Source of the DNA: Geosiphon pyriformis uo1
Lineage: Eukaryota > Fungi > Glomeromycota
Assembly (NCBI GenBank): GCA_016748015.1
Contig: JAAOMT010000088.1
Location: 157,978-216,046, forward strand
Direction of reading: 5' to 3'
DNA: 58,069 nt
Shown piece after piece: positions 11,190-23,317 of the stretch (within the stretch, counting starts at the first letter, position 1; each line of letters starts with the position of its first letter). The notes beneath the pieces are model-generated. The model saw only the letters and a list, made by a program, of their open reading frames with translations. It ran no database searches and was not told the DNA's origin. Position numbers and translations under genes: made by a program.

Positions 11190-13552
11190 TTAAAACCGTA
11201 ATTGACAAGGCTGATGCCGATCTCGGCTCTTTGAAACAATTTTTTTGAAGCTTGGTGTTGCAAGAGTGCTACGCCTGCTTGGTTCTTTTTCTTCAGTAGA
11301 TATAATACAGTTGGACCAAAACGCATTAGATATTATGAGAAGCGTATCAAGACTGGTGAGAAAGCAGGAACTTGTTCAAGTGACATAGATACATCAACGT
11401 GACCAACTTCCACCATAACATATAAGGCGTCACACATAAGCGTGGTGAGATAAAATGTAATATGATGCCCTATTTACAGAGCAATTGTTCAATAATGTGT
11501 GATCTGAAAAAAAGTTATTGTTGGAAACTTACCAAAAATCTGAAATCCAAGCACATAATCCATGTTATAAAAGTCGATCGCGTCTTTGTTAAACACAGCT
11601 ACCCGGATGAGATCAGTGCAAATAAGGTAAAGATTATTCATCTCTTCTTGAACTTTTGCTTCACCATGTCCTTTGCTCAAGTTCCAAGACAACTGATCGA
11701 TTTCCTTGATGATAACGTCAGGTTGTTTTGCCCTGCCTATTGACTTTCTAGCCTTGGACTCTGTTGCCTCTTTATTTGACCTGTAGTATTCCTATTTATC
11801 AAATATATATGTAACAATATTATTAAATTAAAGAGCTTACCATCGCAGAAATATACCGCGATCAGGATCTGCAAAAAGTGGCCTGAGAATTGAATCAATG
11901 TAAGTGGTACACAGCTCCACCTCTCCAATGGGGCTTTTTAGTGTGACTCTTGGCACTTTTTCGATACTAATAATTAGATATTAAAAATGTGTTAAGCATT
12001 GGATACTGTGAAAAACCTCTTGTCCAAAATTTGTTACAATCTTACATGTTTCTTATGACCTTCAAAATTACACATTCTCCATAAGAACGACCAACTCCAA
12101 GAATATGCAGCTCTGAAACTGCATCGTCTCTTGTGATCTCCTCCCGTTGCAGGCGCTGTAACAAATTAACGGGCAATGTTGTTTCGGCTTCAATAGAAGA
12201 ATGTGTGATAAAGATCTATACAGTTAAGATAATTGCAATTAGCTTTCGCAGCAACCTAGCAAATGAAAAAATTGAAAGCATACAGAATCAGCTGTGTGTG
12301 GCTTTCCACAAAAAGGCCTTCTCTATTTACCAATTCCAATGATTTTCCTTAATTAAATGTCATTTTTCAGAGACGTCCATGCTGTTTATGAACCATCTGG
12401 ACTCTTTTCGAGGTAATGGTCCCAATTCTAGTCCTATAGCATCATTGATAATTGTTGGATGATTGAACACAATTTCAGTATCTGAAAGAGATGTGTCACT
12501 CAGATTCTAGAAACGGATTGTCTTCAGTATCTGCAACTGGTTCGCTTGAGCCAAATGAATGATAACATGTTAATAACAGATAACAACAACAAATAACAAA
12601 CGTAATGAAACTTACGTGCATTGCCTCTTATGCCCATGTTTTCCCTCCTGATCATCAGAATCAGATTCATGTTCTTTATTTTTCATGAAACCTGAACCCT
12701 AGATTAAGAGAAAAAAAAGTCAAATTTATTATGAACGTAGAAATAAATATAACTAAATGCTCACACAATTTCGTTGTTGTTCCAACAAGTGCTTTTTAAT
12801 GACTGTTTTTTGTAATTCAAAACGTTTCTTTCGTTGTGTTCAATATATGTTGCGTCTAAAAATGTATTTTTCAGTAAACTAAGAACAGTGTCAAGCCAAA
12901 ATACCAACATGTCCAATCCTGATTTGATCTTTCAGGTCGTCCAGTTTTCTCTTCAATATTGTTAAGTGTTTTCATAACAAAATCCTTTAAAATTTTCGAA
13001 TATATAAAAACAACTTACTTGCTGTACGTGTACTTTTTTTTCGTGTAGATTCCAGAAATCATTTATTTCTTCAGAGTTTTTATCTTTCTAATGTAGTAAG
13101 AATAATCAACATAAAAAAAAAATAACAGCTCTGCTACCGCCCGCTCATAAACAGAAACACGCTCTTTCCCACTGTCAAACAGCGCTTGACATGGTAGTTG
13201 GTGATGGACCAGTGCAACACAGGCGTAGCAAGCAAATAAATAAATTAACTTGCCTTAAAGATATTTTTCCATTTTACGCGATCTCGGATGATTCAGCATA
13301 GTATTTTGCGATAACATTTAGTTCTATTTTATAACTATGGTGTTCTGTTTTCGCATCATTCATATCACCTTCAAGTAATCGAAACTCTAAAAATTTTATG
13401 AGAGAAGGACATTCCACGTTCTCCCAGAAAGCTACATATATATAATATTCACAAACAGGTTATATTATTACAAGAAAACAAAGAAAACAGGTGCATAGCT
13501 TTGCTTTACCAGGACGTTTCAAAGCGTTAAGACACTTGGGAAGCAGATACAT
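11190..13552 (-). pseudogene. PD-(D/E)xK nuclease-like gene of a Mucoromycota-type multicopy family, disabled (copy 1)
   Basis: Spliced translation gives FWENVECPSLI..FLEFRL, GEVELCTTYIDSILRPLFADPDRGIFLRW, KQPDVII...GHGEAK...DLIRVAVFNKDAID...LGFQIFG/HHITFYLTTL...LYVMVEVG...RHQPCQLRF*. In-frame stops (e.g. DVSEK*) and frameshifts are present. Confidence 0.75.
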
Positions 13553-13680
13553 TATGAAAGTACGGTTGGGCAGAGTATAGAAAATTTTTATTAAGGATAG
13601 TTCTAATAAAAACAAGACAAATGGGTCATATTAATATTAATACGACAGGGTGAAATCTGAGATGATCAGCCATGTAATGT

Positions 13681-13747
13681 AAAACCTGCGATAGATTGGA
13701 GATTGGTAAAACCTGCAATAGAGTAAAAACCTGTAAACCCTGCGATA
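13681..13747 (+). repeat. Cluster of AAACCTG(CGATA)-like direct repeats (4 copies)
   Basis: aaaacctgcgata, aaaacctgcaata, aaaacctgta and aaaccctgcgata within about 70 bp. Confidence 0.7.
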
Positions 13748-14059
13748 AATTGTATTTTATTGGCTATATTATATGAGACTAAAGAAAATGAAATATATAA
13801 AATGCGTAAAGAAGTTAAAGGTACATTATCTTTACTACCATAACATTATCACTAAAACAAAAAAGGCCATTTGGGCGCCCATTATTGCCAACTATTCGAT
13901 GCATACAAGTGCCACTTATAGAAGTACCCTCAATGTTAGACTTATATATGTTTGATACGGTATCCCTAGGAGGTGGTAGTCTTAGTAACGGCTATAAAAT
14001 TCTAGATTATGACTGTATGCATAAGAAGCGGGTAAGAGATTGTTATTTATATGAATTAT

Positions 14060-15690
14060 ATTTCTATATATAATAGTATTTTATTGAATATTAAGGTACG
14101 TGAAGAATTATAATTGTTCTTAATAGTTTTAAAATTTGATAAAATTTATTTTAAATATTATAAATTGTTTAGTAAAACCAAAATTATGTTGCTTAATTTT
14201 AAAAGTTTTTTTTAATTTAACTCTTAATTTATTATTAATAAAATATTTGAATTATATTGTTAATTGGCTTTTTAAAATAAAAAAAAATTAGAATTATTAA
14301 TAAAACTTTTTTGTTTAAGTTTTTTAAATTTAATTTTAAATTTAATTTTTTTAATAAATAATAGTATGCTAAAAGCATAATATTTTTAAAAGTTTAAATT
14401 ATTTTTTATAATAAATTTTACAATAATAATAAATATAATTATTATATTTTTTTTTTCAAAATATAAACAGATTTTTATTAATAAAAATTGTTTTTTTGTA
14501 ATTTTTGCATTTAAATAAAATATTAACTAATTTTTTTTTTGGTAATTTTTGTAAATAAAAATATTTTATCTATTAATTAATTTTTTTATTAAAATAATTT
14601 GGTATTTTAAACCAAAAAGTTTTTAATTGTAATTTTGTTTTGTTTTATTTTATTAATTATTAGTTTTTTTCTTAAATTTGAATATTAAGACTTTTTTAAA
14701 TTATTTGTTAAAAGTATTATAAATAATGAATATTCTAATATATTGTTTTTAATATAAAATTTTTGATTTTAATTTATATTGATCTTTAAAACCCAATTAT
14801 TTTTTATAAAGCTTAATATTAAAATACATTTATAATTAAAACTTTATAATTTTATTAACTATAAAAAAAATTGTTTATTTTATTTATTAAAGTCTTTTTT
14901 ATATTATTACTAATAAAAAAACTGTTTAAGTTAATTTGTTTATATTTATTTTTCATATTAAATTATATAATTAATAATTGAAATTATTAATTATATAACT
15001 TAGCATAATATTATTATAATATTATAAATATATTATTAGATTAATATAGTCTCATATTTTAATTTAAAATTATATTGGTATTAAAAAGTTATTTTAGTCT
15101 TAATTTATTAATAATTTAAATTATTTTAGCATTTTTTATGTCACTTAATTTTTTTATTTATAAAATAGTTTATTAAGATATATAAAGATCACATATAAAA
15201 AATAAATTAGCTGTGTTTAGTTTAAAACACTTGTTGTTATATCGTACTAAATAACAGTTGAACCTCACTCATTAAAAAATATATATATATATTAATGTTT
15301 TTTATTGTTAATATTTGTTTTTTTGATAATATTATATTATAGTATAACAAAACTAAACAATATTATCTATTAATAATAATTTTTTTTGGTATAAATCTAT
15401 TAAAAATAATATATAAAAACATTTTAAAAAGATTTATTAAAAATACTTTTTTTGTTCTGTTTAATAAGAAAAAATGCCTTTTTTTTGTTATAATATTTAA
15501 AACAAAAAAAAATTATAAGAAATATTGTTTTTTGTTAAACTTTAAAATTTTATAATCAGTTGTATTAATAGATTTTTTTTATTTTAAACATTATTAAAAG
15601 CATGTAAGATTGTATTAAATTATAAAACAAAAAGCTTTTTACAGTATTTAATGCTTTTTTATTTTTTATTATTAATATTAAAAGAGTATT
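14060..15690. other. Hyper-AT island; probable eroded 5' portion of nuclease-like pseudogene copy 2
   Basis: Near-total loss of G/C; grades into recognisable paralogous coding sequence at about 15690. Confidence 0.7.
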
Positions 15691-16347
15691 AAAAACCATT
15701 CTGTTAAAGAAGTTGAAATTTGCACAATATATATTGATCCAGTTCTTAGTTCAATTCTACAGATTTCAATTACAATGTTTTTTTGTATTGATAAGCTTAT
15801 TGACCTATCATTTTTATTTATGTACTCTCTGAATTATAGAAAAACCGCAAAGTAAATAAAAAAGTGTTCAAGTTCAAGAACAAAAAGTTAACAAGCAGGG
15901 CAAAACAGTCTGATGCATTATAAACAATATTGACCAGTTGCCTTGGGATCTGAGCAGAGAACATGATGAGGTAAAAGTGCAGCCTTTGCACTGATCTCTT
16001 TAGGGTCGCTGTGGTCAACAAAGATGGATTGACTTTTATAGCATATATTGTATGCTTAGATTCTAGGTTGTAGGTAAGATTCACAGTGGTTGAGAATTTT
16101 CTTAATTAAACATACTGAACAAGAGCTCAACAGGATATATTACTATTCTTCTGTAAGACGGCCGCCTACACGTTATAATGGAGATTGGCCATCTTAATGT
16201 AACTATGTCACTTGAGCATCTTCCTGCTTTTCTCACCAGCCTTGAATCCGCTATTGAAATAAAATCAATACCTTCGCTATATCAAATTTTAAAGAGTTAA
16301 TTGCAAACAGTTGGGATCAGCATCGTTCATGCCAATTGCGATTCTAA
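15690..16347 (+). pseudogene. PD-(D/E)xK nuclease-like pseudogene, copy 2 (recognisable 3' part), head-to-head with copy 1
   Basis: Aligns to the reverse complement of about 11190-11945 (gcagggcaaaaca, ttgcactgatctc, cctgcttttctcaccag, ...caattgcgattctaa) with the same intron positions; many indels and stops. Confidence 0.8.
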
Positions 16348-17109
16348 TTCTTCTGCTCGTCTCGGTTGTCGACATTTTCCATCTAATTGTAATAACCTTC
16401 TCAAGCAGCTCAAGACCTCACTTAAAATTTTGAGAAAGATGATTATTTTGTACATAATATAATTTTTTTCAAGTATTTCAAAGATTTGCATTAAGCGCTA
16501 ACGTTTTTTTTTACTTTTTTCAATTTCGTTAATTCATTAGTTCTACCAAAATGAAACTTTACAATATTTAACTGTTTGTAGCAGACTCTAAAGAATCTCA
16601 AATTGACCAAAAGGAATAAATTTCAAGTGTTGTCTTATTCATAAATTTAAATTTTATTGTATCGATTTCAAGCCATCAAAAAAAAAAAAGATTTTTCATT
16701 GTTTTTTTTTGTAGTTGATTTTTTTTAAATCTTTTTAACAGCGCTGCACATTTATCATTTTTTAATTTAACTTTTTCAAGATCTGACTAAAAAAAGTAAA
16801 TTACTCATTTCATTCTTTAATCGATCCAATTAATATTTATAAATGCCTATTTATAAAAAAAATTAAGATTTGTGAAAAATGCAACTTAAATTCATGTTAC
16901 GTACATAAAAATTTGAAAGTTCTTAATTTAAATTGAATTTCGATATTGCCTTGCACAAAAAAGTTTCCGCTTTTTCACGCGTAATTTTCATAAATTGAAA
17001 GCTAAGGTTTAAGAAAATGCGAATCCCTCTTCATTCCGAATCTTATGTAGTGAAAGAGCTTATTCGTTGACATTTTCATAGGAATAATTGATATACCGTT
17101 ATAATAAAC

Positions 17110-17815
17110 ATAGGTGGCTCGAAGCTTATCTGGATATAGTCAATCTTTTCACAATTTTGAGGAAGAACTTCAAAAATTACGAGGATAACAAATGAAAAGG
17201 CTGTTTTTCTCTCGATTAAAATTATTTGACAAAGTTCAATTTGACTGAAAGTAGGGATAGGATCTTTAAGGAGAATAAGATATTATTCATACCACTTTTG
17301 ATATTAATGATACATAACACTCTTCCCAAAAATAGGCTTGAAAAATCATCACAAAATCAATGTTACTCTATCCCGACAAATTCTACCTTGGAAAAATTCA
17401 GACTACTTCACAAGTATGACAATCACCACACAGAGTCTTACATATATATGATGGTTTACAAAAAGTGACTGGGCATAGGGAATAACATTCAACGTAATGC
17501 ACATCGGACTCACACGTAACTGTCTCGCAACGAGTACAAGTTTGTCGATGAAGAACACAGATTGTGCCCGGAGGACACTTTGGGCATAGTTTATAGATCT
17601 GAGGACAAAATATACATTGATCCTTCTTGGGGTTTTCGATGGATTTTTGACCTGAAGGACAAAGGGGTGGCCGATGTGAAATTTGTTGCGCATCGTGGTC
17701 TGTTCCAACAGGTATTTAACTTTAGGTTTTTCCTATTTGAGAGATAACTGAAAAACAAGAATTTTCAAATCATACGTTTACAAGAGTCGGATGCCTTATA
17801 AATCAGTTGAATGAA
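17110..17815 (+). pseudogene. Degenerate coding relic, family not recognised
   Basis: Locally higher GC, coding-like frames (NEYKFVDEEHRLCPEDTLGIVYRSEDKIYIDPSWGFRWIFDLKDKG...) with splice-like GT/AG sites, interrupted by stops and frameshifts. Confidence 0.35.
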
Positions 17816-18289
17816 TAAAAGAAATAAGAAATTTTCAAGCCGAGGAATTTTTGACATTTTTTACGAAAATTGGATCTTTAAGATTTTATGACTTTATGAA
17901 AAATTGAAAATAAATTAGCTGTGAAAATTGGAATTTTGCCGTCGAGCTTCAGGGTTTGAAAAGTCATCTTTAGTTTATAAGATTTTAGTCGAAACTTAAA
18001 AATCGCATTTTTAGGATCCAACTGTGAGTATTTAACTAAAATTGATCATTTTTTTGTACCAGCTTTTTAAGTTAATAATCCACTTTGATCTTTGAAATAT
18101 AATCGGCTTTAATAATATAATATTTAAAGTTCTCATACCAACAAAAGTAGGGAGAAGATTAAAAGCTTAAACTTTTGTAAAATTTTAAAGCATAGTTTTT
18201 TAAAACCATGATTTCTATCATTCATAATCCCGATGATATGCAATAGGGTTTGAACACGATTTTTTAAGGCTTTTAAATTTCATCTCTTA

Positions 18290-19290
18290 TAATTATTTGA
18301 AAATGTAAGACTAAAAGTTTATCAAATAATTGGATTGATTTTAATTGAGTATATCCATCTAAATATTAAACATTTATATTTAAAAAAAAAAACTTTGATG
18401 CTCTTTAAAATAACCAATTATGCTAACATTTTCTTGGAAAAAAAAAAGTTAAAACAAATATAAAAGAGATTACAGTAAGAGAAATATGAAAACCAAATAG
18501 TTATTCACAGCCAATGAGGTAATATAAATGTAATCAAAAAAAATTCCAAATAAATCTTTGTGCTTAAACCAAAAACTTTTGGCCTAAGAAAACTTTAAGC
18601 GATTAAAAAAACTGAATCTAAATTTCCAAGATAATTATCATTATATTAAGAAAAATAATCCAAATAAACTTAATTCTTCTACTTTATGCTTATATAGTTT
18701 TGTGAGCCAATAGATTTAACATGCAATTATTAACAGTCATTTTTTATCTTTATGTTTTAGATAACATATGTCATTTAAAGATTAAAACTTCACATTGATA
18801 ATCTTGCTTCATATCTTTGAAAAAGCTGTTAAATAAAGTTTGTGTAAAATAAAATTAAATAAATTTACAAGTTGTGTATAAACAAACAGATTTTGATAAA
18901 AATTTTCATTGTTTTGTTATATAAAATTGCAGTATTGAAATTAATCTAAAACAAAGTTTTTTATTTATTAAATAATATTAATTAATGTATGCTAATCCAA
19001 AATAATATTATACTCTTTATTTTATACTTCTACCAAGTTGCAAAGCTTTTTAAATTGGGAGTTTGAGATTTAATTAGATTTATTATAAAATAATTTAATC
19101 AATTAAAATTACTAGCAAATTCTTTTATTAATTTTATGAAATTACATAACATATACAAAAAACAATTATATTTTTTATTTTATATATATATACATTTTTA
19201 CTTTTTACTCTTTCAATATTTATCTAAATCTTTTTAATAGTTTTATTTAGAATATTGTTAATCAATTTGCACATTTTTCTTCTCAAATGA
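18290..19290. other. Hyper-AT island
   Basis: Very low GC with almost no CpG; abuts the left inverted-repeat arm. Confidence 0.55.
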
Positions 19291-19294
19291 TTTC

Positions 19295-19956
19295 AAGTAT
19301 ATGTTTTTTTTTAAAGAGATCTATTATTATTGTTATTATTATTATTATTATTATTAAAATTTGCTTAGAATTAATTCTTAATATTACTAAAATATACAGC
19401 AGGATATTTAAAAGGTTTCTTGTGATTTGCAAATTCATGGTTTTATTTAATAAAAACAATTAAAAAGTGAAAAATACATTGAATCAATTACGCAATAATA
19501 AACACATTATAGCTTTCTTATTCATAATTTGGTATGATATATTGCTAACAAAAGACTTTTTTGCAAACTTTTATTTTTATTTTGAGATAGGTTGTTTTCA
19601 TTATTAATAGCGTTAAACTCTTTCTTTCTAGGAAAGTCGATTCGATGGCATAAAATATATATATTTTTAAAATGAATCAACAAAGACTTTTTTTTCTTGG
19701 GGAAATTATGATCGATCCCATTCACAAAAAGCTTTTGATCAAGTTGAAATATTGGGAAATTTAGACTAGTATAGAAATTTTCTGTTTTAAACTATTTTAA
19801 CTATAAAATCTCTGATTCGCATATTTCTAGTTTGATAAATGGACTCAAAATTTTTAAAACGAAAAGAAATATTATCATGCAACATGTTTTGGTTTAAAAT
19901 TAATCTATAAAGTTCTTTCAAAGAGTAATTGACTTTTTTATTACTTTAAGTTAATC

Positions 19957-20002
<46 letters not shown>

Positions 20003-20210
20003 TAGTGTCAAGTATGCACGATTGGCAAGTATTTTAAAGCATAGTTTTCAATATATATTAAATTTAGATTTCAGTAATTGAGTTCAAATTATTAAAAATA
20101 ATTCTTTGCTTGAAATGTCACTGTGAAAAGATATTTGAATTCTATGATATAATCAACGGATTTACCGGAACAGAAAAGTATGGTTTAAATGTTATAAAAA
20201 GTTAGATCTA
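19295..20210 (+). repeat. Left arm of a ~0.9-kb diverged inverted repeat (partner 28565-29440)
   Basis: For example gtgtcaagtatgcacgattggcaagtatttt at about 20005 is the reverse complement of aaaatacttgccaatcgtgcatacttgacac at about 28717; matches are collinear along the whole arm. Confidence 0.9.
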
Positions 20211-20239
20211 GATGCACGTTGCTAGTTAAGGCGTATTTC

Positions 20240-20730
20240 AACCACTCTCGGAAGCAGTTATCGAAGCAATGGATGGATTCGGCAAGCTTTCCGTAAAAGG
20301 GGTGAAATAAAAGGCATTTTGTTATCATAAGAAAAAAAATGAAATTATTGAAAGAAATGTCTGAGGCTTATGATATCATCAGGGGGTGAACACAGTTGTC
20401 TTTCGTCCCAGTAGCTCTTATGACTGATGTATCCATTGGTCAGGTATTGACAGCACGAGACAAAATTATTAGGCGTAATACACAGCGACAACAAGATGCG
20501 CTTTTTTCCCAGTATGTAAGTCATTGCATCAGACTATTACCTCATTATTGTGAAATCGTTTAATGTCTCTTATCTTCATATTTCGTTAATGCATGCTTAT
20601 GAATATCAACAGAAGATAAAGATTTTATTTTTGAAAATTTTTTTTTTCTAGGAGTAATCCTTTATCAGGCATTTGCTTGATGGAGGTCACGCAGGAAAAA
20701 CATGTAATAATCTTATATAGCAATACCTTA
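20240..20730 (+). pseudogene. Short degenerate coding fragment, family unknown
   Basis: MKLLKEMSEAYDIIRG*TQLSFVPVALMTDVSIGQVLTARDKIIRRNTQRQQDALFSQY followed by a GTAAGT donor; contains an internal stop. Confidence 0.25.
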
Positions 20731-20896
20731 TACTACAATCAAAGCAGCAACCTTTTCAATTAATAATACTTGAACTCATTAACATTGTTTTATGTAATAA
20801 TAATATTACATGTAGTATTCTGAAATCCGTGTTTTAGTGTATCCCGATTTACAATTTTGGTTTATATCTAGTATTTTTTGTTTAACTTTAAGCGTA

Positions 20897-20935
<39 letters not shown>

Positions 20936-22342
20936 TATTATTATTATTATTATTTTCCCATTAAAAGCTGGCACAAAGATAATTTAAATGACAAACTGGT
21001 TTTTAAGGGGAGATTAGCTTTGATTTATTCATTTAGAAATTTTTTGAAACCGTATGATCGCTCAATGAAATTTTATATTATGAAGGCAGCAAGAGCTCAA
21101 TTAAAAAAAAAATTTCAGATTGAAAATTTATTATGTCATAATGAAGAAAAAACAAACATGGTATTATACCAAAAAATTGACATTCATAATCACAATGACA
21201 GTATTAGGAATACAATGAATTCATTTAATATTTATAACTTCACAAAAAATGCTAAACTTAATTAAAATTTTATATACAGCCTACATGGATTATTTTTAAT
21301 CTTTCTCTACCAATTCTATATTTCTAAAATTCTCTACATTTAAAAAGTTGTCTATTCCTTGAAATAAAAAGTTTTTTTTTTTTAACTTTACCAAAGTTTC
21401 TTCCTCAAACTTTTTATTTTCCAGCTGATCCCAATAGATGATTATTTCCAATAATCTACCTTTCATCTAAATTAAATTTTTCAGGAGTAAAAAATATAGA
21501 CGAATGGCTAATTTTATTGGTCTGGCTAACAGTTGCCAAAAGTAAAATCTGAGGAAAAAGATTTCTGAATAAGTTGGATGTTTCTCTACCTTTAAAGTAT
21601 ATTATTTGTAATTATTGTTGCCGCCTGAATTAAGTAATTGAATTAGCACATTCAGGATGAAATAATAATTTTTTTTAGCATGGTCAGCTTAGCATTACAT
21701 ATTGTCGGCGCATTAAATAACTGTTTACACAATTATATAATCTTATAACTAGCTATATAACTAGTTGGGACGCCTTCTAATTATTTACTTTTGAATTCGA
21801 TCAACCCAATCACAGCTCTCATGGAGTAGATCAAAAACCTTACTTTTCTACCCATAAATTAGAGTGAATTTTCAATAGTTTAACTACAAAGACAACAAAG
21901 AGTTACTGAGATATTAGAAAAATGCCTCAAATGAACTTTATTTTGAAATTATGTAATCATAAATCCCGGCAAAAATGTCTTATCATTGACTGAAGGAGAA
22001 ACGTGGTGAGGTGTGGTTAAAAAGTTTCGTCACATCATTATGTTGTGCAACGATTCAATTTCAACAAATAAACGCCTGACGCAGGTAATACCCATTCATT
22101 GATTATTTCCTTTTCAATTGACAAGCCGTGTATCATTACTACAAAGAATAGCCTTAAGTTGACGAGAATTAGGAATGGAAGCATTGGTGTTCCAAAATTA
22201 AAATATTTATATATTTATATATTTATATATATCAATTTTATTATAAAAGCAAGCCATTTTGATCCTATGTGAACAAATCATCCAAAATTTTGACGTCGTC
22301 TTTCCTCATCATTATCATTTTTCACCGCTTAATCAATCGATC

Positions 22343-23317
22343 ATGAATTCCTTCAAAAGTGAAAGCTTATCCGGCAATAGCGACGTCCCTGTCAAATCAA
22401 CGACTCATCATGATGATTATAATCTGTACAATCTTTTATCAATTCATGACCACCACCTTCTTGCAAAAAATTTACACCCAAATTTTAAAACAACACTCAC
22501 TTTTACAAATTGTGTTAAAAACAATGATACGATTAAGGATTCTTTGCAATTAGAATTGATTTCAATAATTAATTCAACTTGCTGTCAGAGGTTATCAGCA
22601 TCAGCATCAGCATATTCATCTTCCTCTTCCTCTCCCTCTTCCTCTTCCTCTTCCTCCTTTTCCACGGTTATGTGTCACCCTGGCTCTCATTGTTTGAACG
22701 GTGAATTGGTTGGGCTTCGATATCATTTTTTATTAGGAGCAAGTCCAGATTGCCTTTATCCCTTCATGGATTTTATGCTCCCACTTCCTTTAATTGCGGT
22801 ACAGAATTTATCGATGCAAGAAATTATTAAAACATTTGAACTAATTGAAGAGTTTGGGGGTAATTTGAAAATCAAAGATTCTGAGACTGGCCGATCAGTT
22901 TTATTAGAAGCGGCCAATAAACTTGCTCGTCGGGATGAAGAATATGCTGCTGAATTTCCCAGCTTTCTCAATTGGTTGGTTAAATCGAAACGTTTTCGAA
23001 TTAATGAGATTGATATCGAGGAAGGATGTAGTATTCTACATTTTGTAGCCTTCACACAACATGAACACTTATTGGTGGCAATTCTTAAAAAATGCCTTGA
23101 GCTTGGTGCTGATCCTCAATTCGAAGATCATGAAGGGCTTAATGCATTAGTTTACCTCGCGAAGTTTCAATCACTTGAAACTTTAATAACAGTTATGGAA
23201 CAAATTCCTGAATTTCGAAAGCAAGAAGTCCTGATTCGTGCAATTTCTAAAACCCCTTGGACGAGCAAACAAAGATCTTATTTAAAGGAGTGGAAAAAAG
23301 CAGTATTAAATTCGTGA
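22343..23317 (+). CDS. Intronless ankyrin-repeat-like protein with Ser-rich N-terminal region
   Basis: Open frame of about 324 aa from ATG 22343. Repeats DSETGRSVLLEAA, DIEEGCSILHFVA...LKKCLELGADPQFED and HEGLNALVYLA resemble the ankyrin consensus. Confidence 0.8.
   Translation: MNSFKSESLSGNSDVPVKSTTHHDDYNLYNLLSIHDHHLLAKNLHPNFKTTLTFTNCVKNNDTIKDSLQLELISIINSTCCQRLSASASAYSSSSSSPSSSSSSSFSTVMCHPGSHCLNGELVGLRYHFLLGASPDCLYPFMDFMLPLPLIAVQNLSMQEIIKTFELIEEFGGNLKIKDSETGRSVLLEAANKLARRDEEYAAEFPSFLNWLVKSKRFRINEIDIEEGCSILHFVAFTQHEHLLVAILKKCLELGADPQFEDHEGLNALVYLAKFQSLETLITVMEQIPEFRKQEVLIRAISKTPWTSKQRSYLKEWKKAVLNS

Noticed and set aside
14060-15690. Classical Neurospora-type RIP
   Set aside because: CpA/TpG dinucleotides persist while TpC/GpA are lost, so the context does not match.
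20837-21265. ORFs with poly-N/Y/I tracts (also 32650, 40156, 57650) and X-filled ORFs at 39284-39548 and 41654-42223
   Set aside because: Produced by (AAT)n microsatellites or N gaps.
21290-21600. Possible bacterial/endosymbiont-derived gene fragment on the minus strand
   Set aside because: Short, interrupted and without a recognisable motif; origin cannot be supported from sequence alone.
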